Shown here: positions 19,901 to 29,500 of the stretch, one piece after another
How the letters are laid out: each line of letters opens with the position of its first letter
How positions within the stretch are numbered: the first letter of the stretch is position 1
From: Acidisarcina sp.
GTDB taxonomy: Bacteria > Acidobacteriota > Terriglobia > Terriglobales > Acidobacteriaceae
Assembly (NCBI GenBank): GCA_035539175.1
Contig: DATLIY010000007.1
Location: forward strand, 1,245,759 to 1,309,758
Length of the DNA: 64,000 nucleotides
Reading direction: 5' to 3'
Program-made: the position numbers and the translations under genes
The notes under the pieces: generated by a model
What the model saw: the letters and a program-made list of their open reading frames with translations, nothing else
Database searches by the model: none
Told to the model about the DNA's origin: nothing

Positions 19901-21446
19901 CGATTCCTTGCGCCTGCTGTGGCCAGAGGCTCGCTTCGCAAAAGAACTTGCAGCAAGGCCGACGACCGATATTCCGGCTGTGAGCGAAGTCGTTCGCAAG
20001 GCGGTGCAGGGATGGATGGGAATCCTGGGGCCGGTAACGGCTGGCAATCTAGCATCGGCGCTGGGCCTTGATACTGCATCGGTGCTGGGCGCAATGCTGC
20101 AGATGGAGATGGCGGGTACAGTGCTACGCGGCACCTTTGAGGATGCAGCAAACGAAGCGGAGCGCGATTCTGTAACCACGGCGGATGCGGAAATACAGTG
20201 GTGCGAGCGCCGCCTGCTCCAGCGCATTCACAAGCGCACGCTCTCCAGCTTGCGCAAGCAAATCGAGCCTGTTGCACCTGCGGCCTACATGCACTGGCTG
20301 CTGCATTGGCAGCATTTGGCACCGCAGGCCCTGCTATCAGGGGAGCAGGGAGTCCTGGACGCACTGCGTGGCCTGGAGGGCTTTGAGGCTCCGGCGATCG
20401 AGTGGGAGCGCTCATTATTGCCGCAGCGAGTGGCGAATTACGATCCACGCTGGCTCGACGCTCTGTGCCTGATGGGCGTTGTGGGCTGGGGCCGCATCTC
20501 GCCTCATCCGGCGTTCTACTCTGCGGAATCCGGTGGGCCGCGCCGCGTGGTACCGACGAGCATGGCGCCGATCACGTTTTTTATTCGCGAGGAAGCGCAG
20601 TGGATGGATCTGTGCATGGAAGGGCGGCAGGTACCTGAGGAGGCGCTGATTGCGAGCCTGAGCGATCTGGCTCTGCGGGTGCGCAGCAGCCTGGCACAAA
20701 ACGGAGCCTGTTTTGCGGGCGATCTGGTTCGCCAACTTGCTGCTCCAGCTGCGGAGGTGAGTCGTGCGTTGTGGGAACTGGTAGCGGCGGGACTGGCCAC
20801 GGCAGATGGCTTCGATTCCTTGCGAGCGCTTATCGATCCGCGCCGAAAGGTGATTGCGCTGCAATCCTCGCGAAGCAGATCGGCACACCCGTCGCGGAAT
20901 TTAACCGGGAGGTGGTGCCTGTTGAGTCCACCCGAGGGTGACGGAAGCGACGCGCAACGCATGGCGGAGATCCGCGAGATGCGTATCGACTCCGCGTGCC
21001 GCATGCTGCTGCGCCGCTATGGCGTGGTGTTTCGCGATCTACTGGAGCGGGAGACCACGGTTCCCCGATGGCGTGACCTGCTGGGAATCTTTCGCAGAAT
21101 GGAGATGCGGGGCGAGGTTCGCGGAGGACGGTTTCTCTCTGGTTTTGGTGGTGAGCAGTTCGCGCTGCCGGAGGCTCTGGAATCGCTGCGCGCAACGCGC
21201 CGGAATGCTGTCATCAACGAAGAGATCGTTGTGGCTGCGGCTGATCCGATGAATCTTGCCGGCATTGTTGTTCCCGGGGAGCGCGTGGCAGCGATTCCGG
21301 GCCGCAAGGTATCCTTCTTCAACGGTGCGTGTGCACAAGAGACTTCGGCAGAATCGTTGGGGGATGTAATGGTTTTGCCTGCGGGTCCACTACCATCTCA
21401 GTTGCACCTGGAAGACACAGACAATGACCGCGCCCTCCACTCCTAG
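16929..21446 (+). CDS. lhr: Lhr-family large ATP-dependent helicase
   Basis: 1505 aa. Walker A SAPTGSGKTLAAF, DEIH box VIVDEIHALADDKRGTHL and helicase C lobe (VATASLELGIDIG...QRVGRAGH), followed by the long Lhr-type C-terminal region. Confidence 0.9.
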   Translation: MPSPVPSPSDDLGTLAGDDLAWAHPVVREWFVRRFGSATEPQQQGWPQILAGKPTLISAPTGSGKTLAAFLICIDALLRKAMDGRLDAETEVVYVSPLKALSNDIQKNLQQPLGEIQQLALEMGCLCPEIRTAVRTGDTSAAERRAMLKRPPHILVTTPESLYILLTAEKSRQNLRRVRTVIVDEIHALADDKRGTHLALTLERLDALVCGENTLSPGASITGLATPPLRIGLSATQNPIELVAEFLTGKPANEVAIVQVGHRRTLDLAIEVPDDELGCVATNAIWDSIYTRLAELAQEHRSTLVFVNTRRMVERLAFALSERIGAENVAAHHGSLSRRMRHEAEQRLKAGEIRLLVATASLELGIDIGSIDLVCQINSPRAIGVGVQRVGRAGHWRGAIPKGRFFVTTRDDLVETAALLRAMQSGALDRLEIPEKPLDVLMQQIVAACAAEPWHEDVLFHVLRRAYPYRDLTRDEFEELLCLLADGVEVTRGRYGAYLLRDRVHGHLQARRGARTVAVSNGGTIPDTALFSVIVQPDGVQIATLDEDFAVESSAGDIILLGNTSWRIQRVESAGRVFVEDAHGLPPSVPFWRGEAPQRTLELCSFVSDLRDEIGCRVPNALPGYVSQTHPEVATAVAWLKQEGCLTDSGAEQLIGYVIAGRAALGAVPTLRTIVAERFFDEGGGMQLILHAPFGGRINKAWGLALRKRFCRGFNFELQAAATDNGLNISLAEQHSFPLSDVFQFLTEETVTELLEQASLASPIFKSRWRWDAGRSLQLLRFHKGKRIPPQIQRTRSEDLLASVFPQAAACFENIEGDIQIPDHPLIREVMKDVLGEAMDLDGLRQVLRAIRDGSIRCLAVDTTTPSQFAHEILHANPYAFLDDAPLEERRARAVHMRGTVPDSALGEAGRLDPAAIAEVREEIRPDLRDEHEFHDLLCSLVIVPVSVTEGSTARDWTIFLSRLERVGRATVAAVETPTGLREYIVAAERVDSLRLLWPEARFAKELAARPTTDIPAVSEVVRKAVQGWMGILGPVTAGNLASALGLDTASVLGAMLQMEMAGTVLRGTFEDAANEAERDSVTTADAEIQWCERRLLQRIHKRTLSSLRKQIEPVAPAAYMHWLLHWQHLAPQALLSGEQGVLDALRGLEGFEAPAIEWERSLLPQRVANYDPRWLDALCLMGVVGWGRISPHPAFYSAESGGPRRVVPTSMAPITFFIREEAQWMDLCMEGRQVPEEALIASLSDLALRVRSSLAQNGACFAGDLVRQLAAPAAEVSRALWELVAAGLATADGFDSLRALIDPRRKVIALQSSRSRSAHPSRNLTGRWCLLSPPEGDGSDAQRMAEIREMRIDSACRMLLRRYGVVFRDLLERETTVPRWRDLLGIFRRMEMRGEVRGGRFLSGFGGEQFALPEALESLRATRRNAVINEEIVVAAADPMNLAGIVVPGERVAAIPGRKVSFFNGACAQETSAESLGDVMVLPAGPLPSQLHLEDTDNDRALHS

Positions 21447-21627
21447 ATTGAGTTGCGATTCGAAGCTCTCCGCCGCACCGGCGCAGACCTCGCTGGAGGA
21501 GGGTGTGGATTTTTACCTCGACGGCCCATATATGGTTTTTACCGAGGCATACCATCTTCGCCGGGGAAAATGCTGCAACTCAGGATGCAGGCACTGCCCT
21601 TTCCAGAAGAACGAAGATGGGAAGTAA
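21424..21627 (+). CDS. small Cys-rich protein, DUF5522-like
   Basis: EGVDFYLDGPYMVFTEAYHLRRGKCCNSGCRHCPF fits the ...RG.CC..GCRHCP[YF] signature I associate with DUF5522. The start overlaps the last 23 nt of lhr. Confidence 0.6.
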   Translation: MTAPSTPRLSCDSKLSAAPAQTSLEEGVDFYLDGPYMVFTEAYHLRRGKCCNSGCRHCPFQKNEDGK

Positions 21628-21678
21628 CTCCTATTAAGTAGCAGCGGATCTGCAGGCTCATAGGGTAAACTGCCGGAG

Positions 21679-22392
21679 ATGTCTACTCCACACACCCACA
21701 CTCACGCTCATACTGAAACGCATTTCGAATCCAGTGAAACCGTTCGCGACGTTGTCATTGGCATGGCCGACGGGTTGACGGTTCCTTTTGCTCTGGCTGC
21801 CGGACTTTCCGGTGCGGTGAACTCGACCCACGTAGTGGTGCTCGCGGGCCTGGCAGAGATTGCCGCGGGTTCGATCGCCATGGGGCTGGGGGGATATCTG
21901 GCTGCGCGCGGCGACGCCGAACATTATGCGAGCGAGCGAGTGAGGGAACAGCGCGAAGTCGTCGAGCGGGTCCATGATGAAGAGGAAGAGACCCATGCCA
22001 TCTTCCAGCGCTATGGAGTGGAGCGCACGGAGAGCGAACCTGTGCTGCAGGCGCTGAAGCGCAACCCCGAGGCATGGGTGGACTTTATGATGCGCTTCGA
22101 ACTGGGCCTGGAGGAGCCGGAGAAAAACCGCGCCAGCCAGAGCGCCCTAACGATTGCAATCTCCTACATTCTCGGCGGCCTGATTCCCCTGCTGCCCTAC
22201 ATGCTTGGGGCCAACGCGTCGCAGGCGTTGCTGATCTCTGTTGCCATTACACTCTGCGCATTGCTGGTGTTTGGCGCTGTAAAGGGTCGGATGACCGGCG
22301 CGGGAACCATGCGGAGCGGCCTGCAGACGATGATGATTGGCGGATTGGCCGCGGGCGTAGCGTATGCACTGGCGCGGGCGTTGAATCGTTAG
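21679..22392 (+). CDS. VIT1/CCC1-family iron/manganese transporter
   Basis: DVVIGMADGLTVPFALAAG..., a cytosolic acidic helical insert (EQREVVERVHDEEEETH) and C-terminal TM bundle, as in the VIT family. The N-terminus is His/Thr-rich (HTHTHAHTETH). Confidence 0.85.
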   Translation: MSTPHTHTHAHTETHFESSETVRDVVIGMADGLTVPFALAAGLSGAVNSTHVVVLAGLAEIAAGSIAMGLGGYLAARGDAEHYASERVREQREVVERVHDEEEETHAIFQRYGVERTESEPVLQALKRNPEAWVDFMMRFELGLEEPEKNRASQSALTIAISYILGGLIPLLPYMLGANASQALLISVAITLCALLVFGAVKGRMTGAGTMRSGLQTMMIGGLAAGVAYALARALNR

Positions 22393-22507
22393 CAGTCGAT
22401 TGCCGTCAATCGATTACCCGGCGTGCTTTTTCAATTTGCGCGTCGGGTGGTAGTCTTTTCGGACAACATGTAGCTGTGGCTGACCTCTAACCAGGGGAGG
22501 ATCATTT

Positions 22508-23791
22508 TTGATGAATCCAGTTGTCGGCTCTTCTTTCGCCCTCGCAAGCCAATTTTCAGCGGTTCGCAAACAGACAGAAGACCTTTGCGCGCCACTCTCC
22601 GCAGAAGACATGATGGTCCAATCCTGCCCGGAGGCCAGCCCCGCGAAGTGGCATCTGGCGCATACCACCTGGTTCTTCGAAGTATTTGTGTTGCGGGAGT
22701 TTCTCGCCGGATACCACGAGTTTCATCCCGACTTCGGCTGGCTCTTCAATAGCTATTACAAATCGCTCGGGGAGCATCCGGAGAAAAAGCTGCGCGCCTC
22801 ATTTTCGCGCCCCGGCCTGGCCACCATACTTGACTATCGATGTCATGTGGAAGGCGCAATCCACAAGCTGATTGAGGCTGGCATGCCGGCAGAGGCCGAG
22901 AAACGGATCATCCTGGGCCTGAACCACGAGCAGCAGCACCAGGAGTTGATCGCGACCGACATCAAGAACGCGTTGTGGGTGGACCCGCTGCATCCGGCCT
23001 ATCTGAGCGATCCGCTGGTTCGCGACAATGAGGCGGCATCGGAGCTTCATTGGATCGATTATCCCGAGGGGATCTGCGAAATCGGCTGGGGTGGCGCCGG
23101 TTTCTGCTTTGACAATGAGCTGCCGAGACATCGTGAGTTTATCGAGTCCTTCCGCATTGCAAGCCGAGCTGTGACGTGTTCCGAATATCTGCAGTTCATG
23201 AACGACGGTGGCTATCGGCGTCCTGAACTGTGGCTTTCCGAGGGATGGGACACGGTGCTACGGGAGGGCTGGGAGGCTCCTCTCTATTGGTGGAGACAAG
23301 GCGGGCAGAGCGAGAGTTGGAGCGTATTTACGCTGCGCGGAAATGTTCCGCTTGTGGAACTGGCCGATACCCCGGTTTGCCACGTCAGCTACTTTGAGGC
23401 GGAGGCATATGCGCGATGGGCCGGCAAGAGGCTCCCCACAGAAGCCGAGTGGGAGATTGCAGCGACGCCCTTGCCGATCACAGGCAACCTGCTCGAGGAA
23501 GCGCGTTTCCATCCTCGCATGGCTATCGCATCATCTGCCACGGCGCCGTCGCAGATGTTCGGCGATGTGTGGGAGTGGACGCGCAGTCCGTATATTGGCT
23601 ATCCCGGATATCAGCCCTTGCCCGGAGCCCTTGGAGAATATAACGGAAAATTCATGTGCAACCAGATGGTGCTTCGAGGGGGATCGGTAGTGTCGCCTGC
23701 GTCGCACCTGCGCGCTACCTATAGAAATTTCTTCGCTCCGCCCACGCGGTGGCAATTTTCCGGAATTCGATTGGCCGATGTTGCACCGTAA
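22508..23791 (+). CDS. egtB: ergothioneine biosynthesis sulfoxide synthase EgtB
   Basis: DinB_2-like N-domain (PAKWHLAHTTWFFE, HEQQHQEL) fused to an FGE-sulfatase-type C-domain (GDVWEWT...RGGS). Sits immediately upstream of egtD. Confidence 0.85.
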   Translation: MMNPVVGSSFALASQFSAVRKQTEDLCAPLSAEDMMVQSCPEASPAKWHLAHTTWFFEVFVLREFLAGYHEFHPDFGWLFNSYYKSLGEHPEKKLRASFSRPGLATILDYRCHVEGAIHKLIEAGMPAEAEKRIILGLNHEQQHQELIATDIKNALWVDPLHPAYLSDPLVRDNEAASELHWIDYPEGICEIGWGGAGFCFDNELPRHREFIESFRIASRAVTCSEYLQFMNDGGYRRPELWLSEGWDTVLREGWEAPLYWWRQGGQSESWSVFTLRGNVPLVELADTPVCHVSYFEAEAYARWAGKRLPTEAEWEIAATPLPITGNLLEEARFHPRMAIASSATAPSQMFGDVWEWTRSPYIGYPGYQPLPGALGEYNGKFMCNQMVLRGGSVVSPASHLRATYRNFFAPPTRWQFSGIRLADVAP

Positions 23792-23819
23792 TCCGATCCG
23801 CCGCATCCAACCCAACACG

Positions 23820-24803
23820 ATGAATGCTTTATCCTCGCTCTCCCGACTGCCGGAAGCCATCCAGACTCCCCTTGGAGCGGAGGTCTATCGCGGGCTGACC
23901 AAAGATCGCAAGTCGCTATCTCCGTGGCTCTTCTATGACGAAGAGGGTTCGAATCTGTTCGAGAGGATCACGGAGTTGGAAGAGTATTACCCCACGCGGA
24001 CCGAGCGCGCCATTTTCTCCCAGCATGGAGATGCGATTGTGGCGGCCGCGGCTGGAGAGCACCGCCTGCACATAATGGAACTGGGGGCGGGGACCGCGAG
24101 CAAGACTGGAATTTTGCTGGAAGCAGCGGTCCGCCGCCAGGGGAGCGTTCTCTACGAGCCGATCGATGTCTCCGCCAGCGCGCTGGAGGAGGCGACACTC
24201 CGCATCGAAGACAGGCTGCCGGACGTGACCGTACTGCCCCGCGTCGCCGACTATACCGAGGGTCTGCGCGCGAGCGCGCAAGAGGACGGACATCGGCGAC
24301 TGGTGCTTTACATCGGCTCCAGCATTGGCAACTTTGAGCCGGCAGGCAGATTAGATCTCTTGAAGAGAGTGTGCGAGCAACTTTCCGAGGGTGATACGTT
24401 GCTGTTGGGCGTTGATCTCGTGAAGCCGGAGTCGGTGCTGATTCCCGCATACGACGATGCTTTGGGGGTCACGGCGGAGTTTAACCTGAATGTCCTGCGG
24501 CGCATGAACCGCGAACTGGGTGCGAACTTCGACCTCGATCTTTTTCTTCACCGTGCCGTGTGGAATCGCGCGGAGTCACGAATCGAGATGCACCTGGAAA
24601 GCACCGCGGATCAGCAGGTATCCATTCCTGGACTGGGACTTGAGGTGGACTTCCGGCGCGGAGAGACGATTCATACCGAAAACAGTTACAAATTCACCCC
24701 CGCGGAGGTCGTAGATCTGCTTACCTGCAGCGGCTTCTATATCGAGAAGAGCTGGTTTGATCCGCGGAGGTGGTTTGGTGTCTTTTTGGCGGCCGTGCCA
24801 TAG
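23820..24803 (+). CDS. egtD: L-histidine N-alpha-methyltransferase EgtD
   Basis: SLSPWLFYDEEGSNLFERITELEEYYPTRTERAIF is the EgtD signature. Start at Met15. The alternative start at 23778 would overlap the egtB stop by 14 nt. Confidence 0.85.
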   Translation: MNALSSLSRLPEAIQTPLGAEVYRGLTKDRKSLSPWLFYDEEGSNLFERITELEEYYPTRTERAIFSQHGDAIVAAAAGEHRLHIMELGAGTASKTGILLEAAVRRQGSVLYEPIDVSASALEEATLRIEDRLPDVTVLPRVADYTEGLRASAQEDGHRRLVLYIGSSIGNFEPAGRLDLLKRVCEQLSEGDTLLLGVDLVKPESVLIPAYDDALGVTAEFNLNVLRRMNRELGANFDLDLFLHRAVWNRAESRIEMHLESTADQQVSIPGLGLEVDFRRGETIHTENSYKFTPAEVVDLLTCSGFYIEKSWFDPRRWFGVFLAAVP

Positions 24804-24819
24804 AATTTCAGATCGCAGC

Positions 24820-25857
24820 CTAATCCACTTTGAAAACAAGAATCTTGGCCAGCGTGTCTCCAAGATGGGGAACCGCTACGAAGAACCGGTGTAACTCCGG
24901 CACGTACAGCGCCGTCTTTGCCATCACTGCGGTATCGGTCAATCCCACTTCTTTAAAGGTGTCGCCGGAGACGCGCTGATAGGTATAGACCTCGCCCACG
25001 CCGCAAGAAGCGTAGATCAAGCCGCGCTGGCCGTCATAAAACATGGAGTCGACCCAACCGCCAATCGGCAAACGATCCAGTTCCCTTCCGGTATCGGTAT
25101 CAACAATCACGATGCTTCCGCGCACGTCCGTATCCCTGCAGCCAACGTATAGGCGATGGCGCGTGGCATCCAGAGCAAATGCCATGTTGTTCTTGCCCTT
25201 TGTAAGTGGCCAGGTAGCAACAACGTGTCTCTTCGCCAGATCGACGACGGCGATTGCGCTCTGATCGGGCAGGTTGATATACAGCCTTCCCTGATCGCTA
25301 TCGATGGCCATAGCCTCCAGGCCATCCGCATCGATCTGGATGTCGCCAATCTTTTCAGCCTTCGCGATGTCGATGATCGAGATAAGCGAATATTTCTTGC
25401 CGGCTGCTTCTCCGCCGTTGCTCACGTAGAGGTATCCAGAGCGCGGATCGTAACCGATACCATCGGCATCCAACTCGACCTTGATCGACTTCATTTCCTT
25501 ATACGTGGTGGCGTCAAACACCTTGACGGCACCCACTCCGCCATCGGTGACGAATAGCTGATTTCTCTTCTCGTCATAGAAGATGGCGTGTGGATTGCCA
25601 AATCCTGTTATGGTGTGGAGCACTTTGCCAGCCTTCAGGTCCAGCACATCCACGGACTTATTAGCCTGTGGAGTTGTAAACAATCTTTGATTGCGAAGAT
25701 CGATGGCCATGTGGTCGGCATACGGCCCGGATGGCACCTCTGGCATATCGATGGATTGCACCAGTGCCATGGGCTGCTGCGCAAATGCATGCCCGGCTAG
25801 CGGCACCAGACTGAGGAAGAACAGGAAATAGACGCCACGCTTCAAAGTAAGCTCCAC
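24820..25857 (-). CDS. secreted beta-propeller repeat protein (YncE/YVTN-like), paralogue P1
   Basis: GTG start giving the signal peptide VELTLKRGVYFLFFLSLVPLAGHAFAQQ. Repeated ...VFD / ...YDP...Y / ...VVD blades. Clear paralogue of 41602..42621. Confidence 0.7.
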   Translation of the reverse strand: MELTLKRGVYFLFFLSLVPLAGHAFAQQPMALVQSIDMPEVPSGPYADHMAIDLRNQRLFTTPQANKSVDVLDLKAGKVLHTITGFGNPHAIFYDEKRNQLFVTDGGVGAVKVFDATTYKEMKSIKVELDADGIGYDPRSGYLYVSNGGEAAGKKYSLISIIDIAKAEKIGDIQIDADGLEAMAIDSDQGRLYINLPDQSAIAVVDLAKRHVVATWPLTKGKNNMAFALDATRHRLYVGCRDTDVRGSIVIVDTDTGRELDRLPIGGWVDSMFYDGQRGLIYASCGVGEVYTYQRVSGDTFKEVGLTDTAVMAKTALYVPELHRFFVAVPHLGDTLAKILVFKVD

Positions 25858-25941
25858 CAGAGCGCGGCGCGGAGATTCCGCGCCGCGCCCTGCGTTCGAT
25901 GCAACTGCTGTGAGGACGATTGCAGATGGACTCTGCCTCAA

Positions 25942-26436
25942 CTAAAAGGGCGTATAGAGCGAAGGATGATTTTCAATATCCACTTCGTTCCAGCTCTCAT
26001 CCCAATGTTCCAGCGTCATGGACCAACGCTGTTTTTCTCCCTCAACGTAGTCATCGATATCGGGAAAGAGTTTACGGATGAGTTGGCTGCGGTTGTACTC
26101 CGGCTTGGGCCGCTTGTCGGCCGGAGGGGCGATAATCACAATTGCAAAATCCCACGAGGGGCTGAGTTGGTGAATCGCGCGAGTATAGACGGTCTCGCTG
26201 ATCACCTGGCCATGCTGCTTTTGATACTGCATGATCGGATAGTGGTACTTCTTGTAGAGAGCCAGCCATTCATCCTGCTTACCCGGTGGCACCTTGTAGA
26301 AATCGACAGAGACTGTATTCTTGCCATCTCCCGCGCCAATCGTTGCCTGTGCGTTCATCACCGGAGCCCCAAACGACAGAAGGCCGGCCACAAGCGCCAC
26401 GAGTAAGAGTACTGGCTGCCACATTTTTCTATGCAT
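25942..26436 (-). CDS. hypothetical secreted protein (164 aa)
   Basis: Signal peptide MHRKMWQPVLLLVALVAGLLSFGAPVMNAQA. Wedged between the TonB receptor and the beta-propeller on the same strand. No family recognised. Confidence 0.55.
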   Translation of the reverse strand: MHRKMWQPVLLLVALVAGLLSFGAPVMNAQATIGAGDGKNTVSVDFYKVPPGKQDEWLALYKKYHYPIMQYQKQHGQVISETVYTRAIHQLSPSWDFAIVIIAPPADKRPKPEYNRSQLIRKLFPDIDDYVEGEKQRWSMTLEHWDESWNEVDIENHPSLYTPF

Positions 26437-26509
26437 TCTTGCGTCTCCTAAAGTTGAAAGGTCAAGTTACCCCGCACCGCTGAAAATGCGGCACCCACTC
26501 TTGCTCTGC

Positions 26510-29500
26510 CTAGAACAGAATTTTTAAACCGAACTGAATCTGCCTTGAAGTTGTCTGCGTCTGATCGACGACGCCAGCTCCATCCGCCGGCGTGCCGTCC
26601 TGATTGAAGATCGTGTAGTTATCAAGCGGCGCTGCAAAGTTGCTCTTATTCAGGATATTGAATGCCTCTACTCTGAACTGCACAGTGGTGCCGCCCAGAC
26701 GCTCGATTTTCGAATTCTTGACGATCGAGAAGTCAAGCTCTGACAGTCCCGGCCCCACCAGTTCATTGCGGCCAGCATTCCCAAGCCGCACGATCTGCTG
26801 CTGCGGCCCACTCGATGTCTGGATAGTTTGCACCGGCGCTGAGAAGCACTGCAACTTGATGTAGTTGTCAGGTTTTCCCGGGTTCACCAGCGAGCCGCAT
26901 CCAGAACTCTTCAGCCTGTCGGGATACGCCCAGGGGTCCGTGCTGTTCATGCCGAGCGGGTCTCCTGCGATAAACACCGAGAACGGGGAGCCGCTGCTTG
27001 CCTGGAAGATGGCACCGGTTTGCCAGCCGTTCGCGGCCCACTTCAGCACAGGAGACTGAACTGTGACCTCAGGTGTATCCCAAAGGATACTGATCACTCC
27101 GTTGTGGCTGAGATTGAAATCCGAAAGACCGCGTCGGGTCTTTGGATCGAACCATAGAGGTACGCTGGATGGTGAATTGGAGAACTGATCGCCGGCGATC
27201 GAAGAGGATCCCGAATCGATGCTCCGGCCCCAGGTGTACGCCCCCGTAAGCTGCAGAGCGTGCCTGATACGGCCCTGGAAGCCTATCTGCAGGCTGTGGT
27301 AGTAGGAGTCGGCATCGTAGGTCGTTCGATTGATATCCCCTACATTCGGGTTCAATACATTTCCATTGAGATACGCATCTCCCGATGGCCACACCCAGCC
27401 ATTGGCCGTGTGTGTCGGCATCACGATGTTTGCGTCGTCTGTGTGATACGGAAGGTGTACGCCGCGCGAGCCGACATATGCCACCGTCACAGTTCTATTT
27501 GCCCCGAGCTCCTGCTGCACGTTCAGATTCCAGTTGTACGTCAGGCTACGCCGCGGGTGCGGATCGAAATAAGAGACGCGCTCTCCGGCCAGCGGGCTTT
27601 GCGCAACGGTGTCCGTGGCCATGCTGTAAGCCTTATTGGGGAAGGTCCCCACGCCAGGATGCACCACTGTAGGATCCACGGTAAACGGTGCGGATCCAGC
27701 CGCACTGATTAGAAAGAGATATGGCAAAGGCAGGACATCGTAGATGCCCATTCCACCTCGCACCGCGGTCTTGCCGTTGCCCACTGGGTCCCAGGCAAAG
27801 CCGACACGCGGGGAGAAATCCTTCAACGTCGGATTCGAGAAGTATGGATCGCCGATATGCACGTTGGCATCCGTCATCTGTCGCAGCGTGGAAAGGCGGT
27901 TGTGCACCTCGGTAGGTACGGTTGTGACCTCATAGCGAAGTCCGTAGTTGATGGTGAGGTTGTGACGCGCGCGCCAGCTATCCTGGGCATAGCCACCGGC
28001 CAATGTCTCGCGGATACCGCGCTCCGATTCTCCGCTCGGCAGTTGCACCCCATAGACCAGCGGATTATTTTTAAGGAAATCTGAAAAGCTCCCAAAGACG
28101 AAGCGCCCATTCTGGGTAAAGCGCATGTAGTTATTGGACTGCATGCGCTCGACGGCCAGACCGAACTTAAAGCTATGCGCGCCATGCGTGATAAATGCGT
28201 CGTCATAGAACTGGAAGGAATTCCAGCCAATGACAAAATTCGGGAAGCCTCCGACACCGCCGAAGAACACGGTCCACCCTGGCACGATGAGGAAGGGCGC
28301 AGGCCTGCCGGGTACCGATGCCAGCGCAGGATCGCCTGCCAGCGGGTTGATAGGATTCGCGGTGTTGGAAATCGCATGATTCCTGCTGAACCCGAAGCGT
28401 ACGGTATTGATCACATTTGGGTTGAAGATATGCGTCTCTTCAAGGCTGACAAATGTGCGTGCATCCTTATTGACGAAGTGCAGATTATTCAGGGAATCAG
28501 GTTGATTCAGGTCCGTAGAGTCGTATTGAAAAGAGCCACTCAGCGAGTCGTTTAGCGAGAGATGATGATCGACTTTGGCGGTGTAAAAGTTCTCGTTGCC
28601 GATCTGGCTGGTGGCGACGCGGTAATATCCAATGTCTCCCGTGGAATCCAGACCAGCATTAGGCAGAGGCCAGAATGCAAGATACGGCTTCACCGCGGAA
28701 TCCACCGTCACGTTGCCGCCGTTCGCATTAGAGATGATGCCGTTTCGCGCGTTCTGCGACGGCACTCGATCCACCTGCGAGACTCCCAGCGATTGCCGCA
28801 ACCCTTCATAGTTCGCGAAGAAAAATGTCTTGTCGCGAAGCACCGGGCCGCCGATAGATCCGCCGAACTGATTGCGGCGGAAGGGTGCGATGGTAGGGCC
28901 ATCGAAGTAGTTCCGCGCGTCTAAAGCACTGTTCCGAAGAAAGTCGTAGGCACTGCCGTGAAACGCATTGGTGCCGGAACGCGTGATCGCGTTGACTACG
29001 CCACCAGAGGTCTTGCCGTACTCCGCAGAATAGTTCGTGGTGATGACGGAAAACTCCTGAACCGCATCGACGCCAGTAATGGTGCCCAGGACACCACCGG
29101 GCGCTCCATTGGTGTAGTCGTTGAAGCTGACGCCATCAAGACGATAGTTGTTCTGCTGCGGTCGTGTACCGGCGATGCTCATCTGGCTTCCGAAGCCCCG
29201 GAGTACGCGATTGACATCCGACGTTCCAGCGCTGCCGATCGCCGACTGGTTCCGTACCTGGTCGGCGCCTGGCTGCAACGTAATCAACTGCGACCAGTCA
29301 CGTCCATTCAAAGGAAGCTCGCGAACCGTCTCGCTATCCACTACCTCGCTAATGCTGGAGCTCGTCAGATCCGTGGTTGCACTTACGTCCTGCACTTCGA
29401 TCTGCTGCGTCGAAGCTCCAACCTTCAGACTCAGATTCACCGTCAAACTGGCACCAACGGTCAGCGTGATTCCGTTCGCCACTTCCTTCGCAAATCCAGC

